Assembly: GCA_964016885.1 (NCBI GenBank)
Contig: OZ024740.1
Coordinates: 75,020,001 to 75,084,000, forward strand
Length of the DNA stretch: 64,000 bases
Origin: Eledone cirrhosa
Taxonomy: Eukaryota
Direction: 5' to 3'
This document shows, in pieces, positions 1-14,600 of this stretch. Positions within the stretch are counted from its first letter, which is position 1. Every line of letters begins with the position of its first letter. The translations under genes were made by a program, and so were the position numbers. A model generated the notes under the pieces. The model had not been told where the DNA came from. It made no database searches and saw only the letters and a list, made by a program, of their open reading frames with translations.

Positions 1-115
1 TGAAGGAGTAGCGTCCGAAACGTTAAGACCCTCTTCCTGCTATATCAAGCGTTAACCTAATATATACCTTTCATATACTGTACCGATTGTGTTGTTATTT
101 TTGTTTACCTTTTAC
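1..115 (+). mobile_element. 3' end of HHR-bearing PLE-type repeat, family B (truncated by window edge)
   Basis: Starts TGAAGGAGTAGCGTCCGAAACGTTAAGA (HHR stem II and GAAAC) and ends at a (TA)n tract. Reverse-complement copies at ~13039-13195, ~45382-45540, ~56268-56420. Confidence 0.75.
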
Positions 116-396
<281 letters not shown>

Positions 397-414
397 ATAT
401 ATATATATATATAT

Positions 415-745
415 AACCAAAGATTAGTATGGTTCGTTGATTACTCAATGAATACAATTTTACAATAGATTAGAAGCACTCAACCGTGAAGTTTTCCTGG
501 AGTTTTTAATATTATTCAAAATATTAACAAATAAAAATATTCTCATAATCAAAATATATACTTTATTATTGGTATTACTACCAATACTGGAATTTAATAA
601 TCAAGACCGTAGCGGTATGTCATATACCAAATCATATATTTTGTCTGATGAGGACGTACTGAAAAAACAACACAGTACCTCTGAAATATTTATAATAAAG
701 TATATATTTTGATTATGAGAATATTTTTCATTTGTTAATATTTTG

Positions 746-752
<7 letters not shown>
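415..752. mobile_element. Fold-back HHR element, family D
   Basis: ~510-570 is the reverse complement of ~692-752; (TA)n on both sides. Diverged relative at ~13261-13550. Confidence 0.75.
636..703 (+). ncRNA. Type I hammerhead ribozyme (family D)
   Basis: TATTTTGT-CTGATGA(645)-GGACGTACTG...CAGTACCTCT-GAAAT-ATTT-ATA-ATAAAGTA. Stems I and II pair; predicted cleavage after AUA. Confidence 0.7.
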
Positions 753-776
<24 letters not shown>

Positions 777-1405
777 AACAAATTAAAAGACTGAGAAATG
801 AGAAAGTAATGTGATGTGTTGGAATATATGATAAATCAAATGTAATGAAACGAATGGAAAATGATAAAAAACAAACAGGACAATACAGAACGGGAAGATA
901 AAACTGGAAACATTAACAACGAAACATTTCAGTCTCCAGCCGAGCACGTAAACTCACGATTTTTGGTCAGGAAACCATAGCTTAGCGTCCTATTTTTTGC
1001 CAGGAAACCATAGCTTAACGTCCTATCATGACGATAGTTCTAAATTAAAGCTGCCGTTTGGTAGAGATGAACAGTACGAAGGAAAGATAACTATTATAGG
1101 TGCGTTCAATTTATAGACATAAAACAAGTAAATTTGACGAACATAAAAATTGTGAAGAAACACCTGGAGTAAAATCAATCATGGACAGGTAGAAACAAAA
1201 GGGGTCTATACCGATTTATTACACACACACGCGCGCGCGCGCACACACAACACATATTTACACGTACAGCCACAAAGATACACATACACCCTCACTCTCA
1301 AACGCACACACATAAACACACGCACACTCATATAGGATTATATGTGTGTATATGTATGTATGCATGTATGTATGCATGGATATATATATATATATTTATA
1401 TATAT

Positions 1406-1603
1406 GAAAGGAGTCAGGACCTCGACGGCTGAGCTCCGGCCGTTTCTACAGCTAGATCCGAACTGTTCGGAGCTAGCTGTCGAAACGGCCGGAGCTCAGC
1501 TGTCGAGGTCCTGACTCTTTTCCTATTACCCACTCTACAACCCTACGTATTGAGTACTCTGGTGCGTTATGGTCCACCTGGTATCTTACCACACTCTCTT
1601 TGT
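1406..1603 (+). mobile_element. Family C fold-back copy
   Basis: Near-perfect palindrome ~1406-1524 centred on TCCGAACTGTTCGGA, followed by a tail with TTGAGTACT (1550) and (TA)n. Confidence 0.75.
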
Positions 1604-1639
<36 letters not shown>

Positions 1640-1642
<3 letters not shown>

Positions 1643-2046
1643 GGTTTGTTGGTTCACCAATGGATAGAACTGGTCATTCCGTATGGTCAACCTCGATGTA
1701 GTATTAGGGAGAGCACTCGACGTAATGCAACTCACCCGTCTTCGTTTGTATTGTTGGTGGTGCGAGTACGGAGTTAATTATTATAAAATAATAGGAGGTT
1801 GGACTGGTGTAATTCCTTAAAAGGTTTATTATACTAGGCCGGCTGACCGGGCTAGAAGCTGCTAAATGTTCGGCCGCTCTCGTGTCTCTGCTTTTCAGCC
1901 TCATGGATTTTGTCTATTATATTCCTTTGTTATATTTTGAATACCTGATGATGTCACCGGATTCATACTGAACCGGGTCACTGAAATGATCATAGTATAA
2001 TAAACCTTTTAAGGAATTACACCAGTCCAGCCTCCTGTTATTTTAT

Positions 2047-2050
<4 letters not shown>
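1640..2050. mobile_element. Fold-back HHR element
   Basis: ~1779-1836 is the inverse of ~1993-2050; (TA)n on both sides. Confidence 0.7.
1941..1998 (+). ncRNA. Type I hammerhead ribozyme
   Basis: ATAC-CTGATGA(1945)-...CCGG...CCGG...-GAAAT-GATC-ATA-GTAT. Palindromic stem III ATGATCAT; AATAAA follows. Confidence 0.7.
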
Positions 2051-2115
<65 letters not shown>

Positions 2116-2773
2116 GGGAAGAACAAAAATGAAAGACTGCATAATTTGTTGTCGAGGCATGAAGGTAATAGTGATGTAAGAATATTTAATATGACTCAAA
2201 CATAACCCAGCTGGTGGATGTATGTGGGCTACAAGGAAGGCCGTGGGGGTGAGTTCCAGTGGCTGGTGCTTCTGGGATTGGGAGATGGGCGAAGACGTTG
2301 TACACTGATGAGGAGAAAAGGCGAGGCTGACGAATTGAGAGGGCTTGGTTTGATGTGGGAAACAATTTGTTAGTTGAGAAGATCTTTTATTGTTGTTGTT
2401 TTAGATGTTTTTGTTGCTGTCTTTGTTACTTTTTCTTGTTGTTCTGTAGCACCCAAGCCATCACTGGCGGAGACATATGATCAAAGTTATTATTCAAACC
2501 CTGACAATTCTGTTCTCTTGTAAAGAATTATGTCACTATGGTTAATATGGAGTTATCAGTGAGTCATAAACATTGTGAGGTGACTCCCTACAGATAGTAT
2601 AGCTTTTTGCCTAGGATTACACATAATAAAAGGACTGCACACACACACACTCACACATATATATACATATATCTATATGTGATTGAGTCTCACGTGTGAA
2701 ATGTAGGGAGTAGAATATTGTCAATTAACTGAGATAATCCAATAATGTTCTACTCGTTTTAGGGCTTTCCCTA

Positions 2774-2840
<67 letters not shown>

Positions 2841-2905
2841 TTTTCTATCTGTTTACCTCTCTCTCTGCCCCTGTCTCTACCCCCTCTCTCTCTCTCGCTC
2901 TCTCT

Positions 2906-2951
<46 letters not shown>

Positions 2952-3049
2952 CTACTAAATGTTTATATAAAATATATCTACACCTCTGCCTCTCTCTCTC
3001 TCCCTTTCTTCATCACCTCCCTCTCCCTTACTCTTTCTCTACTTACTTA

Positions 3050-3260
3050 TACAGGGTGTATCAAAATGAAACACTCGATTTAATTTACAATTTTTACAAA
3101 TACTCAATTTGTAAATAACTTTATAAAAATTTATAAAAGTTATAAAAAAAGAATAAAACTTTATATTCAGACATGTATTGTACAAGTTACCACATGATTA
3201 AATGGACATTTGTTTAAAAAATATAGCCTTTTGAAATATAGCCTTTTTGATACACCCTGT
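3050..3260. mobile_element. Tc1/mariner-type MITE
   Basis: TA-CAGGGTGTATCAAAA ... TTTTGATACACCCTG terminal inverted repeats with an AT-rich non-coding interior. Confidence 0.65.
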
Positions 3261-3315
3261 GTACGTAAAGGTTTCCTATTTTCATACGAGCCCCTAGCAA
3301 TTCGTTTGGAACAAT

Positions 3316-3495
3316 AATTGTTTCTACTTTTGCAATTATCCCAGTGAATTACTGGTACTTTATTTTATCGACTCCGTAAGGATGAAAGGCAAAGTTAACC
3401 TCGGCGGGATTTGAACTCAGAATGGCAAGGGCCGTAACTTTATGTGTCAAAACATGGCGTCCGACCCTCTACCGATACTGCCAATCCACCGCCCG
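3316..3495 (-). mobile_element. tRNA-derived Meta-domain SINE with target-site duplication (TSD)
   Basis: A box TGGCAGTATCGG, B box GAGTTCAAATCC, central TTTGCCTTTCATCCTTACGGRGTCGATAAAATAAAGTACCAGT. TSD TCGTTTGGAACAATAAT at 3302 and 3497. Confidence 0.85.
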
Positions 3496-3585
3496 TCGTT
3501 TGGAACAATAATGTTGCTTAACCATCATACACTGGGATAATTGCTGGCCTTGTGCCTAAAGTAGAAACAATTAATGTTTGAATTA

Positions 3586-3778
3586 ACAGTATTGGTAGAG
3601 GGTCGGACGCCATGCTTTGCAGCATAGAGTTACGGCCCTTTATGATCTGATTTCAAATCCTGCCGAGGTTAACTTTGCCTTTCATCGTTATGGGTTCGAT
3701 AAAATAAAGTACCAGTCACGCACTGGGATCGATTTAATCAACTTTCCCCTCCCCCAAAATTGCTGGCCTTGTGCCTAT
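3586..3778 (+). mobile_element. Meta-domain SINE copy
   Basis: Same consensus. Other full or partial copies near 14200, 14878, 16140, 17085, 18175, 23114, 26073, 26195, 31029, 31320, 34185, 34740, 36372, 43196, 51560, 51940, 61549. Confidence 0.8.
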
Positions 3779-3993
3779 TAATGTTTTTAGACATTCATAA
3801 TCTCATCTTCAGGATGAGAAACCTTGTTGTCTTCTGTAATTATCTTTTGTATTGAAGGCATATATGAATTGTGTAGACTTTGGCGCCAAAATTGGAATGT
3901 TATATATATTATAGTTTAGATATATATATAATCAGTCACTGGTTATTTTGTTTATGACGTGTGCATGTTCTCAGTGTTTATTTCAGTGTTATG

Positions 3994-4385
3994 AGCAATC
4001 GGTCGCTCTCCGACAGGTTTGCGGTCGCGCCCTTGACAGTGGAGACTTCTGGTGTCCTTGGCCCTAGGGCTACCTCCCTACTCACCACCATAGGCGCTGA
4101 GATGGCCAGCCGCAGGTGTGAGCCTCACGAGTTGGAATGGCTCTTCCAGCGAATCCCTTACCATCCTCCGGGGAAACGCCTTCATTCTGTCCGCCGGAGC
4201 TGTGGGGAGACCAGCACGTGGGACCCCATTTGCTTACCATACAGAGGGCGAGACGGGGAGGGCGAGAGAGATGGAGGTGATGACAGTGGGAGTTCGGCTC
4301 TTCCACGTTCGGGCCATATCCTTGTGGTTGTGTTCATTATCTATAGAGTTCATTATATTATTTAGTTGTCCTCTCAAGATTAAAT
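3994..4385 (+). mobile_element. 3' fragment of CRE-like non-LTR retrotransposon (restriction-like endonuclease C-terminus)
   Basis: SDRFAVAPLTVETSGVLGPRATSLL...LEWLFQRI / SLTILRGNA matches the P-x-A-V-E-T-x-G...QR-x-S-x3-RGNA motif; frameshifted. Confidence 0.7.
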
Positions 4386-4852
4386 CCTATTAATTAATCG
4401 TTTAGTTTTGTGGAGAGTTCTATAGATTATGGTTGTACCGTCCACTAATATGTTTCTATCTAGCTTTGTTTTGTGGTGTGCCATTTAATGTGTTGCAAAT
4501 GCGCCTTGGTGGTGGACCTACGGAAGAATTCTGTATTTATATTGCTAGTGCTGGAGTAATGAACTTCCCAACTTTCACTTTTATAATCAAATTTATAAAT
4601 CACTTTACTCATTTGTAGCTTGCTCTTGTCATACCTCGGTGTTAACAAGATGGTTGTTTTGATTTTAGTCATGTTTTTTTAAATAGTATATTAATGTTAT
4701 TTTATGGTTTGGTATTGGCATTTTATATTTCATTTTATGAGAATTTTGATCCTGTGTTTGTCAGCATTTGTGATTGTGTATTTCCATGGGTGTAATGACT
4801 TGTGTACTTGTTACATTGTATATGCGCCATTATATATATATATAGAAACAAT

Positions 4853-4946
<94 letters not shown>

Positions 4947-5061
4947 AAATTATATATATTGTTATACTTGGGGAGGGTCATATTTGTGAAATATTGCCAG
5001 AATTAATAACAGAACACACTCACTGTTTGGTTGTATATAAAATTATATATATATATAAAAT

Positions 5062-5137
<76 letters not shown>

Positions 5138-5141
<4 letters not shown>

Positions 5142-5778
5142 TAAACGGAATAGAAAATGCTGATAAATTGTTCACAGTTGAAAAATGGTTTAATTAGGAA
5201 TAAAAGAGTATTAGTGATTGTATGGGTTAGTATTCAGTTGTGGTTTTAAGTTTTTAAGTTTTTACCGGTTGCGCATTTCTAAATGCTTTTCAAAAATAAT
5301 TTTGAGATAGAGTGTCCTTGTTGTTTGCTCTGATCTGATTAGTTTTGGGAATTCTACCTGTTTTTATGTTAAAAAAGTGGCTCCAGCGCTACTTTGGTGT
5401 TGCAAAAATTCTTGTGGTCAAAACAATTTTGATTGGTCGGTAGAGGTCATGTGAATGTAAAAAATTGATTTTGCGCCAAGACTGTTTTTATGTTAAAAAA
5501 GTGGCTCCAGCGCTACTTGGTGTTGCAAAAATTCTTGTGGTCAAAATAATGTACACCATTTTACCAGGGGAAAAAAATACTGGTCCCCCCCCCCCCCCAC
5601 ACACATATATACACACACACACATAAACACGCGTACATTAGCATACAAAGAGACTTATACACACACACACTTCTCCGTATAAGACAAAAGCTGAAAAATA
5701 TCTTTTGACATGCAAAAATAGCCCCCACTGTTTACAGACACATTCCTACTGACCATCCCGCTACCATGAATTACTCTG

Positions 5779-5840
<62 letters not shown>

Positions 5841-5912
5841 ATCTTAATAGCCATTTGACACACATCCCTGCTAACCATTATCACAACATCGAACACCTTA
5901 CTACTACTACTA

Positions 5913-5948
<36 letters not shown>

Positions 5949-6345
5949 TTGTTGTGAAAGAGTCATTTCTCAGTCTTGGCGCAAAATCAATTTTTTACAT
6001 TCACATGACCTCTACCGACCAATCAAAATTGTTTTGACCACAAGAATTTTTGCAACATCAAGTAGCGCTGGAGCCACTTTTTTAACATAAAAACAGGTAG
6101 AATTCCCAAAACTAATCAGATCAGAGCAAACAGCACGGACACTCTATCTCAAAATTATTTTTGAAAAGCATTTAGAAATGCGCAACCGGTAAAAACTTAA
6201 AAACTTAAAACCACAACTGAATACTAACCCATACAATCACTAATACTCTTTTATTCCTAATTAAACCATTTTTCAACTGTGAACAATTTGTCAGCATTTT
6301 CTATTCCGTTTACCAATATATAATAACTTGTGTGTTACACCTCTA
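5138..6345. repeat. Large inverted repeat between (TA)n tracts
   Basis: ~5138-5484 is the near-identical reverse complement of ~5971-6318 (~345-bp arms); microsatellite-rich spacer. Confidence 0.85.
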
Positions 6346-6351
6346 TTCTTT

Positions 6352-6411
<60 letters not shown>

Positions 6412-6961
6412 TATAAGATTTTGACGGATATGAAATGAGTACTCAATACCGTGGTAGGATTTAAATACTCTTTATTATGGCTAAGTGTTTAGTCTTGTTT
6501 CTCAGGAGTTTCACCTGTGTAATCACATGATCATCGGACATTTCTGAATATTCAGTGCCAGAAACAGTATAAATAGGAGAAGATCTGGGGGTGGGAGAAA
6601 CATGGGTGTTTTTGAATGGGGCGGGTATGTGGGAGATTTGAACAGTTTGTTTATAAACGAAGGTGCATGTATGCTCTTATGTATGCGTGTACGGGTGGAC
6701 ATGTATGTGTGTATGTATGTAAGATATTCTATATAAACGAGACTATACACTCTTAGCATAATTTTACCCTGGACTTTCTCTAAATTGCCCTTTCCTTTTA
6801 TGATTCACACCATAATTCTTCAGCTGTTATTCTCTAAACATTATCTATTTTATTTTTTAGTTCTTCAGCTAGTTAGAAATATTGGGTTTTCAACGTGCTG
6901 GACAATTTTCTCATTTACTTAACTTTTTTGTTGCTGTATGTTTCAATAAATATTTCTTTGC

Positions 6962-7040
<79 letters not shown>

Positions 7041-7732
7041 CGCGTGTGTTTGTGTGTATGTATCCGTATTAAGTTTTGTGTGTGTATGTGTGTGTGCGTG
7101 TGAATATGTGTGAATGTAACTTTAATTGATGAATCAAAACTTTAATGGTAAGTGATCTACTCAACATATCTTTCAATACAGCAAGCTTGATCCTTTCATT
7201 ACCATATTTCTAATGAATGGCCTTGGCTATGATTTCAAATAATTAAGAATGTGTAGGAATTTAGTAATATAACAAGCTTTCGCTTTATTTAGCTGGTGTT
7301 TGGAACATAAACATGACATAATTATTATTTCTTTTTTGGTCACAAGGACTGAAAAAAACATAACATAATTATGGCGGAAGATTATAGATAAATATAAATA
7401 CTTTAAAACAAACAGCCTGGTATCGTAGAATCAGGGGTTATTTCAGGCAGTTAGGTATCAAAAGGCTTAAAATAGATAGTTGAGCTGAGATTTTAAAGAG
7501 AGAAGCGTTTCCATGCGACTTTTAAAAATTTCCTCAGGGGGCAGTAATTAATTTGCTGACATCTGTAGATAAAGCAATGTCACAGAGACAATTATATTGT
7601 AGTATATTGTAATTATCTGATTGTCAAATGATGTGACAATTGATAGGCAATACTCTCTTTCTGTTTTGGAGCTGTCATTGTTGTTGTGTAAGGCCAGGTA
7701 AGCCTCCATTGAACAGATATACAGTACGAAGG

Positions 7733-8207
7733 TAGACTGCCAAATAATGATTTCTACTATAGGCAAAAGGTCAGCAATTTTGGAGAAGGGAAAGTAGATA
7801 AAATCGACCCCAGTGCGTGACTGGTACTTTATTTTATCAACTCCGTAAGGATGAAAAACAAAACTAACCTTGGTGGCATTTGAACACAGAACGTAAAGGG
7901 CTGTAGCTCTAAGCCGCAAATTATGTTTTTCGACGCTCTACCGATACTGCCAAGCCACCGCATTTAGACTGCCAAATAATGGTTTCTGATTTAGGCACAA
8001 GGCCAGCAATTTTGGGGAGGGGAAAATGGATTAAATCAACACCAGTGCTTAACTGGTAGTTTGTTTATCGATCCTGTAAGGATGAAAGACAAAGCTAACG
8101 TCGACGGAATTTGAACTTAGAGCGTAAAGGGCTGTAACTCTATGCCGCAAAGCATTTTGTTCGACTCTACCGATCCTGTCAATTCACCGCCCTTAGACTG
8201 CCAAATA
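7733..8207 (-). mobile_element. Two tandem Meta-domain SINEs with a triplicated target site
   Basis: TAGACTGCCAAATA occurs at 7733, 7965 and 8194, separating two SINE copies. Confidence 0.75.
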
Positions 8208-8689
8208 CTAAGAGTTAATACACAGTTAAACAAATATGAATATGCATAACTTCATTTTGGTGTGGACTATACTGCACGTTCTAATTTAGTCGGCTACATA
8301 TTTTTAATGAATTAGTCAGAGGAAAAGGGACAGCAACAACTAGCCTGTTCAGTGAGCCCCTGTCTATTGAAAGGTTTATGGAATTATAACAGTTAATGCA
8401 AATTTTTTCCGACAAGAATAGCTTACCTGTAAGTGCTCTGGTGACCTCAGCTTCAGAGAAGTTAGTCACGGCTCTCAGATGCACCACATATACACCAGAT
8501 GTTGTGATCGGGTTAAGGGGGTCAGCAAATTATTCTCTTCACCTTACGATGAAACTCTCTTTAAAGAGAAGAACCCTAGGCGAGTTCCCGATAAAACGCG
8601 TAGTACGATGGGGGGGGGGGGTCTTATTATGAAGTCGGTGAATGGTCTGCCAGAATACTTTATTTGCTGACCTAAAGTCAGGAATAAGG

Positions 8690-8690
8690 G

Positions 8691-8722
<32 letters not shown>

Positions 8723-8813
8723 AGAAGAAGAAGAAGAAGAAGAAGAAGAAGAAGAAGAAGAAGAAGAAGAAGAAGAAGAAGAAGAAGAAGAAGAAGAAGA
8801 AGAAGAAGAAGAA
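8690..8813. repeat. (GAC)n-(GAA)n compound trinucleotide repeat
   Basis: Direct reading. Confidence 0.95.
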
Positions 8814-9033
8814 ATTTCTGAGAATAGTAGTGTGTAGTGGTTCAAATTCTCCTTCATATAAAATATTCTTTCTGTAAGTTTTCAATATAATTTAAGTCAA
8901 AGTAATCGATATCCACGTCATAAGCTAGACTGAAAATTTGAGAGATTTTAATTCGTAATATAATTTACTAAATAACTTTATAAGATCTTTTCCTAAAAAA
9001 TGACACACGGAGGTACTATCGTGCTTGTAATCG

Positions 9034-9067
<34 letters not shown>

Positions 9068-9082
9068 CATAGATACATACAT

Positions 9083-9680
9083 GGTGGCTGCCAACTCGTT
9101 TTCGAGTACGGCCACTACTTTATATCCATGTAGGAGAACCCCTACCGATGCGCTGAACGAGTGTGACATTTTAGTCCAGCCAGCGACTTGAAAACTCTGG
9201 TACAAACACTACACCTGTGATAATTATTGACGCATAGTGCTGGGCCCATGGTACCATGTGACGACAAGTGCAGAGAGATCTCCAGATATAAAGCAATGCC
9301 TGTGCCGTGAAGCTTTTATAGTGAGCAAAGGCACTGCACAAAGCCAGTCCCACTCTCTTAACCAAGATGATATTTACCAAAAAGAAGAACAAGTCAACAT
9401 CATTGGATACCATCAGGGTTGCAGGTGTTATATCAGAGTTTTCCTTCTCCTAGAATTCTGCCTTGACAAAGGCTAAGGGGTCATCTCTCCCGGTGATTTT
9501 GAATGGTCATTGACTTTTAAGAGCTCCTTTGCCCTTTGACAGGTTTTGTTTTTAGTCCTGCAGGATGTCCAAAGTCACCCTCCTCACCAAGAAACCTTGG
9601 TGGGGTTGCCAGTTTAGTCGCCCGACCATGGGGCAGGTTGTACTGGGATACATGTTACCAGTAGCACCAACTGGTGACCT
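9083..9680 (-). mobile_element. ~600-bp non-autonomous RTE-like element
   Basis: Close reverse complement of 23938-24540. The 3' part encodes a C-x2-C...F.S.xGL.xH zinc-finger-like LINE C-terminus; ends GCAGCCACC followed by an (ATGT)n tail. Confidence 0.65.
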
Positions 9681-9787
9681 GACACACATACATACATACA
9701 TACATACATACATACATACATACATACATACATGTATATATATATTCATATATATATTTTTTTACATATATATATATATATTTACAT

Positions 9788-10570
9788 AAATGGAAAAAAT
9801 GAAATTTCATTTCTCACTCTTAGTACGGCTGATACTTAAATATAAGTATGTATACGTACGTACATATATGTATACAGACGTACAGTAGTATGTATATACA
9901 TACATACATGCATACATATATATATATGTACGTATGGATTTACCGAACATTTATTATAATGCTCGGTTTGTTTGTAAACAAACATCCCGAATTAAGCCGT
10001 ACAGTGTTCGGCAACCATCTTTGCCATCTTGTTCAACACTGACAAAGGAACGATGAACTAGTTTCTAGCTTATTAGCTGTCATCAGCACTGTATACCTTC
10101 CTGTCAGTTGATTCAACGGTTGAAAGTATATACTTTCCTTATGCATATTAACCGCTGTATGTACATATACATACTTATATTTAAGTAACAGCCGTACTAA
10201 GAGTGAGAAATTAAATTTCATTTTTTCCATTTATCGTTTTCGGTACCCCGGCCGACTAACTCACGCGATATGCAAATTAGGCTGCTCAGCCGTTAATATG
10301 CATAAGGAAAGTATATACTTTCAAACGTTCAATCAACTGACAGGAAGGTATACGGTGCTGATGACAGCTAATAAGCTAGAAACTAGTTCATCGTTCCTTT
10401 GTCAGTATTGAACAAAACGGCTTAATTTGGGCTGTTTGTTTACAAACAAACCGAACATTATAATAAATGTTCGGTAAACCCATACGTACATATGTATATG
10501 TGTGTACATGTATGTATATATACATACTACTGTACGTCTGTATACATATATGTATGTACTTATACATACT
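9788..10570. mobile_element. Family A HHR repeat, inverted multi-part insertion
   Basis: ~430-bp unit present in both orientations; HHR on the + strand at 10352-10394. Confidence 0.85.
10352..10394 (+). ncRNA. Minimal type I hammerhead ribozyme (family A)
   Basis: ACGGTG-CTGATGA-CAGCT-AATA-AGCTA-GAAAC-TA-GTT-CATCGT. Confidence 0.75.
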
Positions 10571-11002
10571 TATATATTTACAGATATACATATATCTGTA
10601 CACACACATATATATATATATATACTTATATGAATACGTTTAAACGGATGTACATACACAGAAACACACACACAGGCACATAAATATACATATATACATA
10701 TATATATATATAAATATATATATTTACATGCATATATACATACACACGTACATATACACATACATACATATACACATACATGCACACACACAGAGACAAA
10801 AACACAGCCACTCACACACACACACGTATATATATATATATAATACGTGTAATGTATGTGTATCTGCATGTGTATGCAATAAGATGTGAACATCACAGGA
10901 ATGAGTCATGAAGAAATGACACAATCTATTCAGTGGAAGTTTGAGGGGGTGTCTTGAACACAATAGAAGCTCTACACCATTATTGTCGTTTGTCCTATTG
11001 TT

Positions 11003-11132
11003 TACCACCACCACCGCCACCACGACCACGACGACCACCACCGCCACCACGACCGCCACCACGACCACTACCACCAACACCACCACCGCCACCACCGCCA
11101 CCACACCACCGCCACCACCACCACTACTACTA
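11003..11132. repeat. Imperfect (ACC)n repeat
   Basis: Direct reading; source of the poly-T, poly-P and poly-V ORFs. Confidence 0.9.
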
Positions 11133-11333
11133 CTTATATTCTAATAGATATAAACACACTCACATACAGTTTTGTATGCAAGAATACACATACATACAGC
11201 ATTGAAATACTTATACATATAGGTAGATACGACTGCTCATTCATTTCTGAACACACGCAAAACCATACACACACATACTACACTCTACGTATCTATATAC
11301 CATTTACAAATATCTATACGTGTGTGTTCAGAA

Positions 11334-11395
<62 letters not shown>

Positions 11396-11429
11396 TGTGT
11401 ATATATTGATCTCGAGTAGAATCGAGGTA

Positions 11430-11947
11430 ACCATACATGCACACATATATATATGTACGTATGGATTGAACGTATGGATTGAACGTCTGAAAGTATATAC
11501 TTTCCTTATGCATATTAACGGCTGAGTAGCCCAATTTGCATATCGAGTGGGTTACTCAGCCGTTAATATGCATAAGGAAAGTATATACTTTCAGACGTTC
11601 AATCATCTGGCAGGAAGGTATACGTTGCTGACGATAGCTAAGAAGCTTGAAACTAGTACAGCGTTCCTTTGTCAGTGTTGAACAAACGAGCAACGATGGT
11701 TGCTAGACACTACGGCTTAATACGGGATGTTTGTTTACAAACACACCGAGTATTATAATAAGTGTTCGGTGAATCCATACGTACATATATATATGTGTGC
11801 ATGTATGTATATATATATATATACATACTACTGTACGTCTGTATACATATATGTATGTACGTATACATACTTATATGTATATACATATTTATATTTAAGT
11901 AACAGCCGTACTAAGAGTGGGAAATAAAATTTCGTTTCATTTTTTCC

Positions 11948-11951
<4 letters not shown>
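11430..11951. mobile_element. Family A fold-back; HHR at 11622-11664 (+)
   Basis: ACGTTG-CTGACGA-TAGCTAAGAAGCTT-GAAAC-TA-GTA-CAGCGT; inversion centre near 11545. Confidence 0.85.
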
Positions 11952-12020
<69 letters not shown>

Positions 12021-12428
12021 AATGAAAATAGAGAAATTAATGTGAACAAGAAGCCAACAGTATTTCATAATATATAAGTGACTATAACGTCAAGATGGAA
12101 AATATTTAACGTAAGATATGGGAAAATAATTCAATCTCAATTAAAAAAAAGTCAAGAACAGAAATTTTATCCACAGATTTTGTGAAATCCAGGGAAAAAA
12201 CCCAATAGAGACTTAACTCAGAATAAAATTAAGGTTAAATACTTATCCTTCAATTTTGAAAAAACTACAAATGCTCTATATAGTCATAAAAAGACTATTT
12301 CACGAAACTTTTCAGTGGGGTTAGTCACGGTTGGAGTCGTTCATCAGTAGAACTCAAACACGATAACCCAATATCCACTGCTAAAATATGCTAGAAAGGG
12401 AATATATATATATATATAAATAAATATA

Positions 12429-12839
12429 TATGAGGGCAATCCCAAAAGTAAGTTCTCCTTGCGATATTGCAACTTCCAATATTGAAACTTTTCCGTTAAA
12501 ATCCTGTGGATGGTGCTTCGGGAAACCCCAGGAACCAAAATGCAGAGAGCATCCAGAGTGATCCGCCGATCTTTACGCATGTTTTCCTCGGAAGGAGACC
12601 TTACTTTCGGGATTGCCTCTATAAAATAACTGCGCGAAATTCGCACTTAGCGGTAGCGTTCAACGGGAGCTCCATTCCCAATGGCTTCCAAGCCAAGATT
12701 GAGCATCCCAGCGAAGCGTGCGCATGCTTGTTTGGGAGTGAAAGAAGCACCAATCACAACAGTGTTTCCAACAGCCTTACGAACAGTTTCTCTGCGTCCC
12801 CATCGCTTTGGAGACCTTACTTTTGGGATTAACCTCGTA
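12429..12839 (-). mobile_element. Internally deleted mariner element
   Basis: TIRs GAGGGCAATCCCAAAAGTAAG / CTTACTTTTGGGATTAACCTCG-TA; helix-turn-helix relic DRRITLDAL...VSRSTIHRILTEK. Confidence 0.75.
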
Positions 12840-12990
12840 TATATATAAGTTTATCCCGCGTTCAATCGGGGGTAACTGCAGTAAGTAAGGTACTCAATAC
12901 ATAGCAGAGTATAAATATTTGATATAGAAATGGCTTCCACAGGACTAGCACTGTTTCATTCGGGAGAAATCATCACGAAGTCCTGATGAT

Positions 12991-13042
<52 letters not shown>

Positions 13043-13126
13043 AAAGGTAAACAGAAATAACAACACAATCAGTACAGTATATGGAAGGGATATATTAGGT
13101 TAACGCTTGATATAGCAGGAAGAGGG

Positions 13127-13162
13127 TCTTAACGTTTCGGACGCCAGTCTTTCATCAGAAGA
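13127..13162 (-). ncRNA. Minimal hammerhead ribozyme (family B)
   Basis: TCTT-CTGATGA-AAGACTGGCGTCC-GAAAC-GTT-AAGA. Confidence 0.65.
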
Positions 13163-13192
13163 AAGAATGAGAAATAAGATTGAGGGGACGGG

Positions 13193-13260
<68 letters not shown>

Positions 13261-13265
<5 letters not shown>

Positions 13266-13549
13266 AGTTAAACGAGATTCAATGAGTACATCAAATAATG
13301 AGTTTTACAGTAGATTGGAAGCACTCTACAAGAGATATTTTCCAGAGTTATTAATATTAATTCAAATAGAGACAAAATAGATATTCTTGTGATCAATTAA
13401 ATTTTATTATACATATTTCAGAGGTACTGAATTAAGTTCAACAGTACGTCCTCATCAGATAAAATAAAATGATACATGACATACCCTGACATGTATAATA
13501 AAATTTAATTGATCACAAGAATATCTATTTTTGTCAATATTTGAATTAA

Positions 13550-13550
<1 letters not shown>
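13261..13550 (-). mobile_element. Family D fold-back; HHR at 13401-13465 (-)
   Basis: ATTTTAT-CTGATGA-GGACGTACTG...CAGTACCTCT-GAAAT-ATGT-ATA-ATAAAAT; inverted arms ~13358-13414 and ~13491-13549. Confidence 0.75.
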
Positions 13551-14177
<627 letters not shown>

Positions 14178-14549
14178 GAGTAGAAGTAGAGTTTTAAGTT
14201 TCATATCGGACGCCATGCTTTGAAGCATAGAGTTACCTCCCTGTATGATGTGAGTTCAAATCCGGCCGAGGTTAACTTTGCCTTTCATCCTTACGGAGTC
14301 GATAAAATAAAGTACCAGTAATGCACTGGTGAATTGCTGGCCTTGTGCTAAAAAGTAGAAACAATTATTTAAAGGCTAAATAGTGAGTCTTGTTACTCTG
14401 GAGTTTCATCTGTTTATCAAAGGCATCTTGTATAATGACCCTGTGATTAACCGGCGATACTGCAGAGTAACAATACTTACTATTCGGCCGTAATAAAATG
14501 AACATACATACATACATACATACATACATACATGCATACATACATACAT

Positions 14550-14596
<47 letters not shown>

Positions 14597-14600
<4 letters not shown>

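Noticed and set aside
8281-8670. Possible host exon
   Set aside because: Short overlapping ORFs with no recognisable motif; not supportable without a search.
10724-11205. Mucin-like or proline-rich ORFs
   Set aside because: They derive from an (ACC)n repeat and lack supporting exon context.
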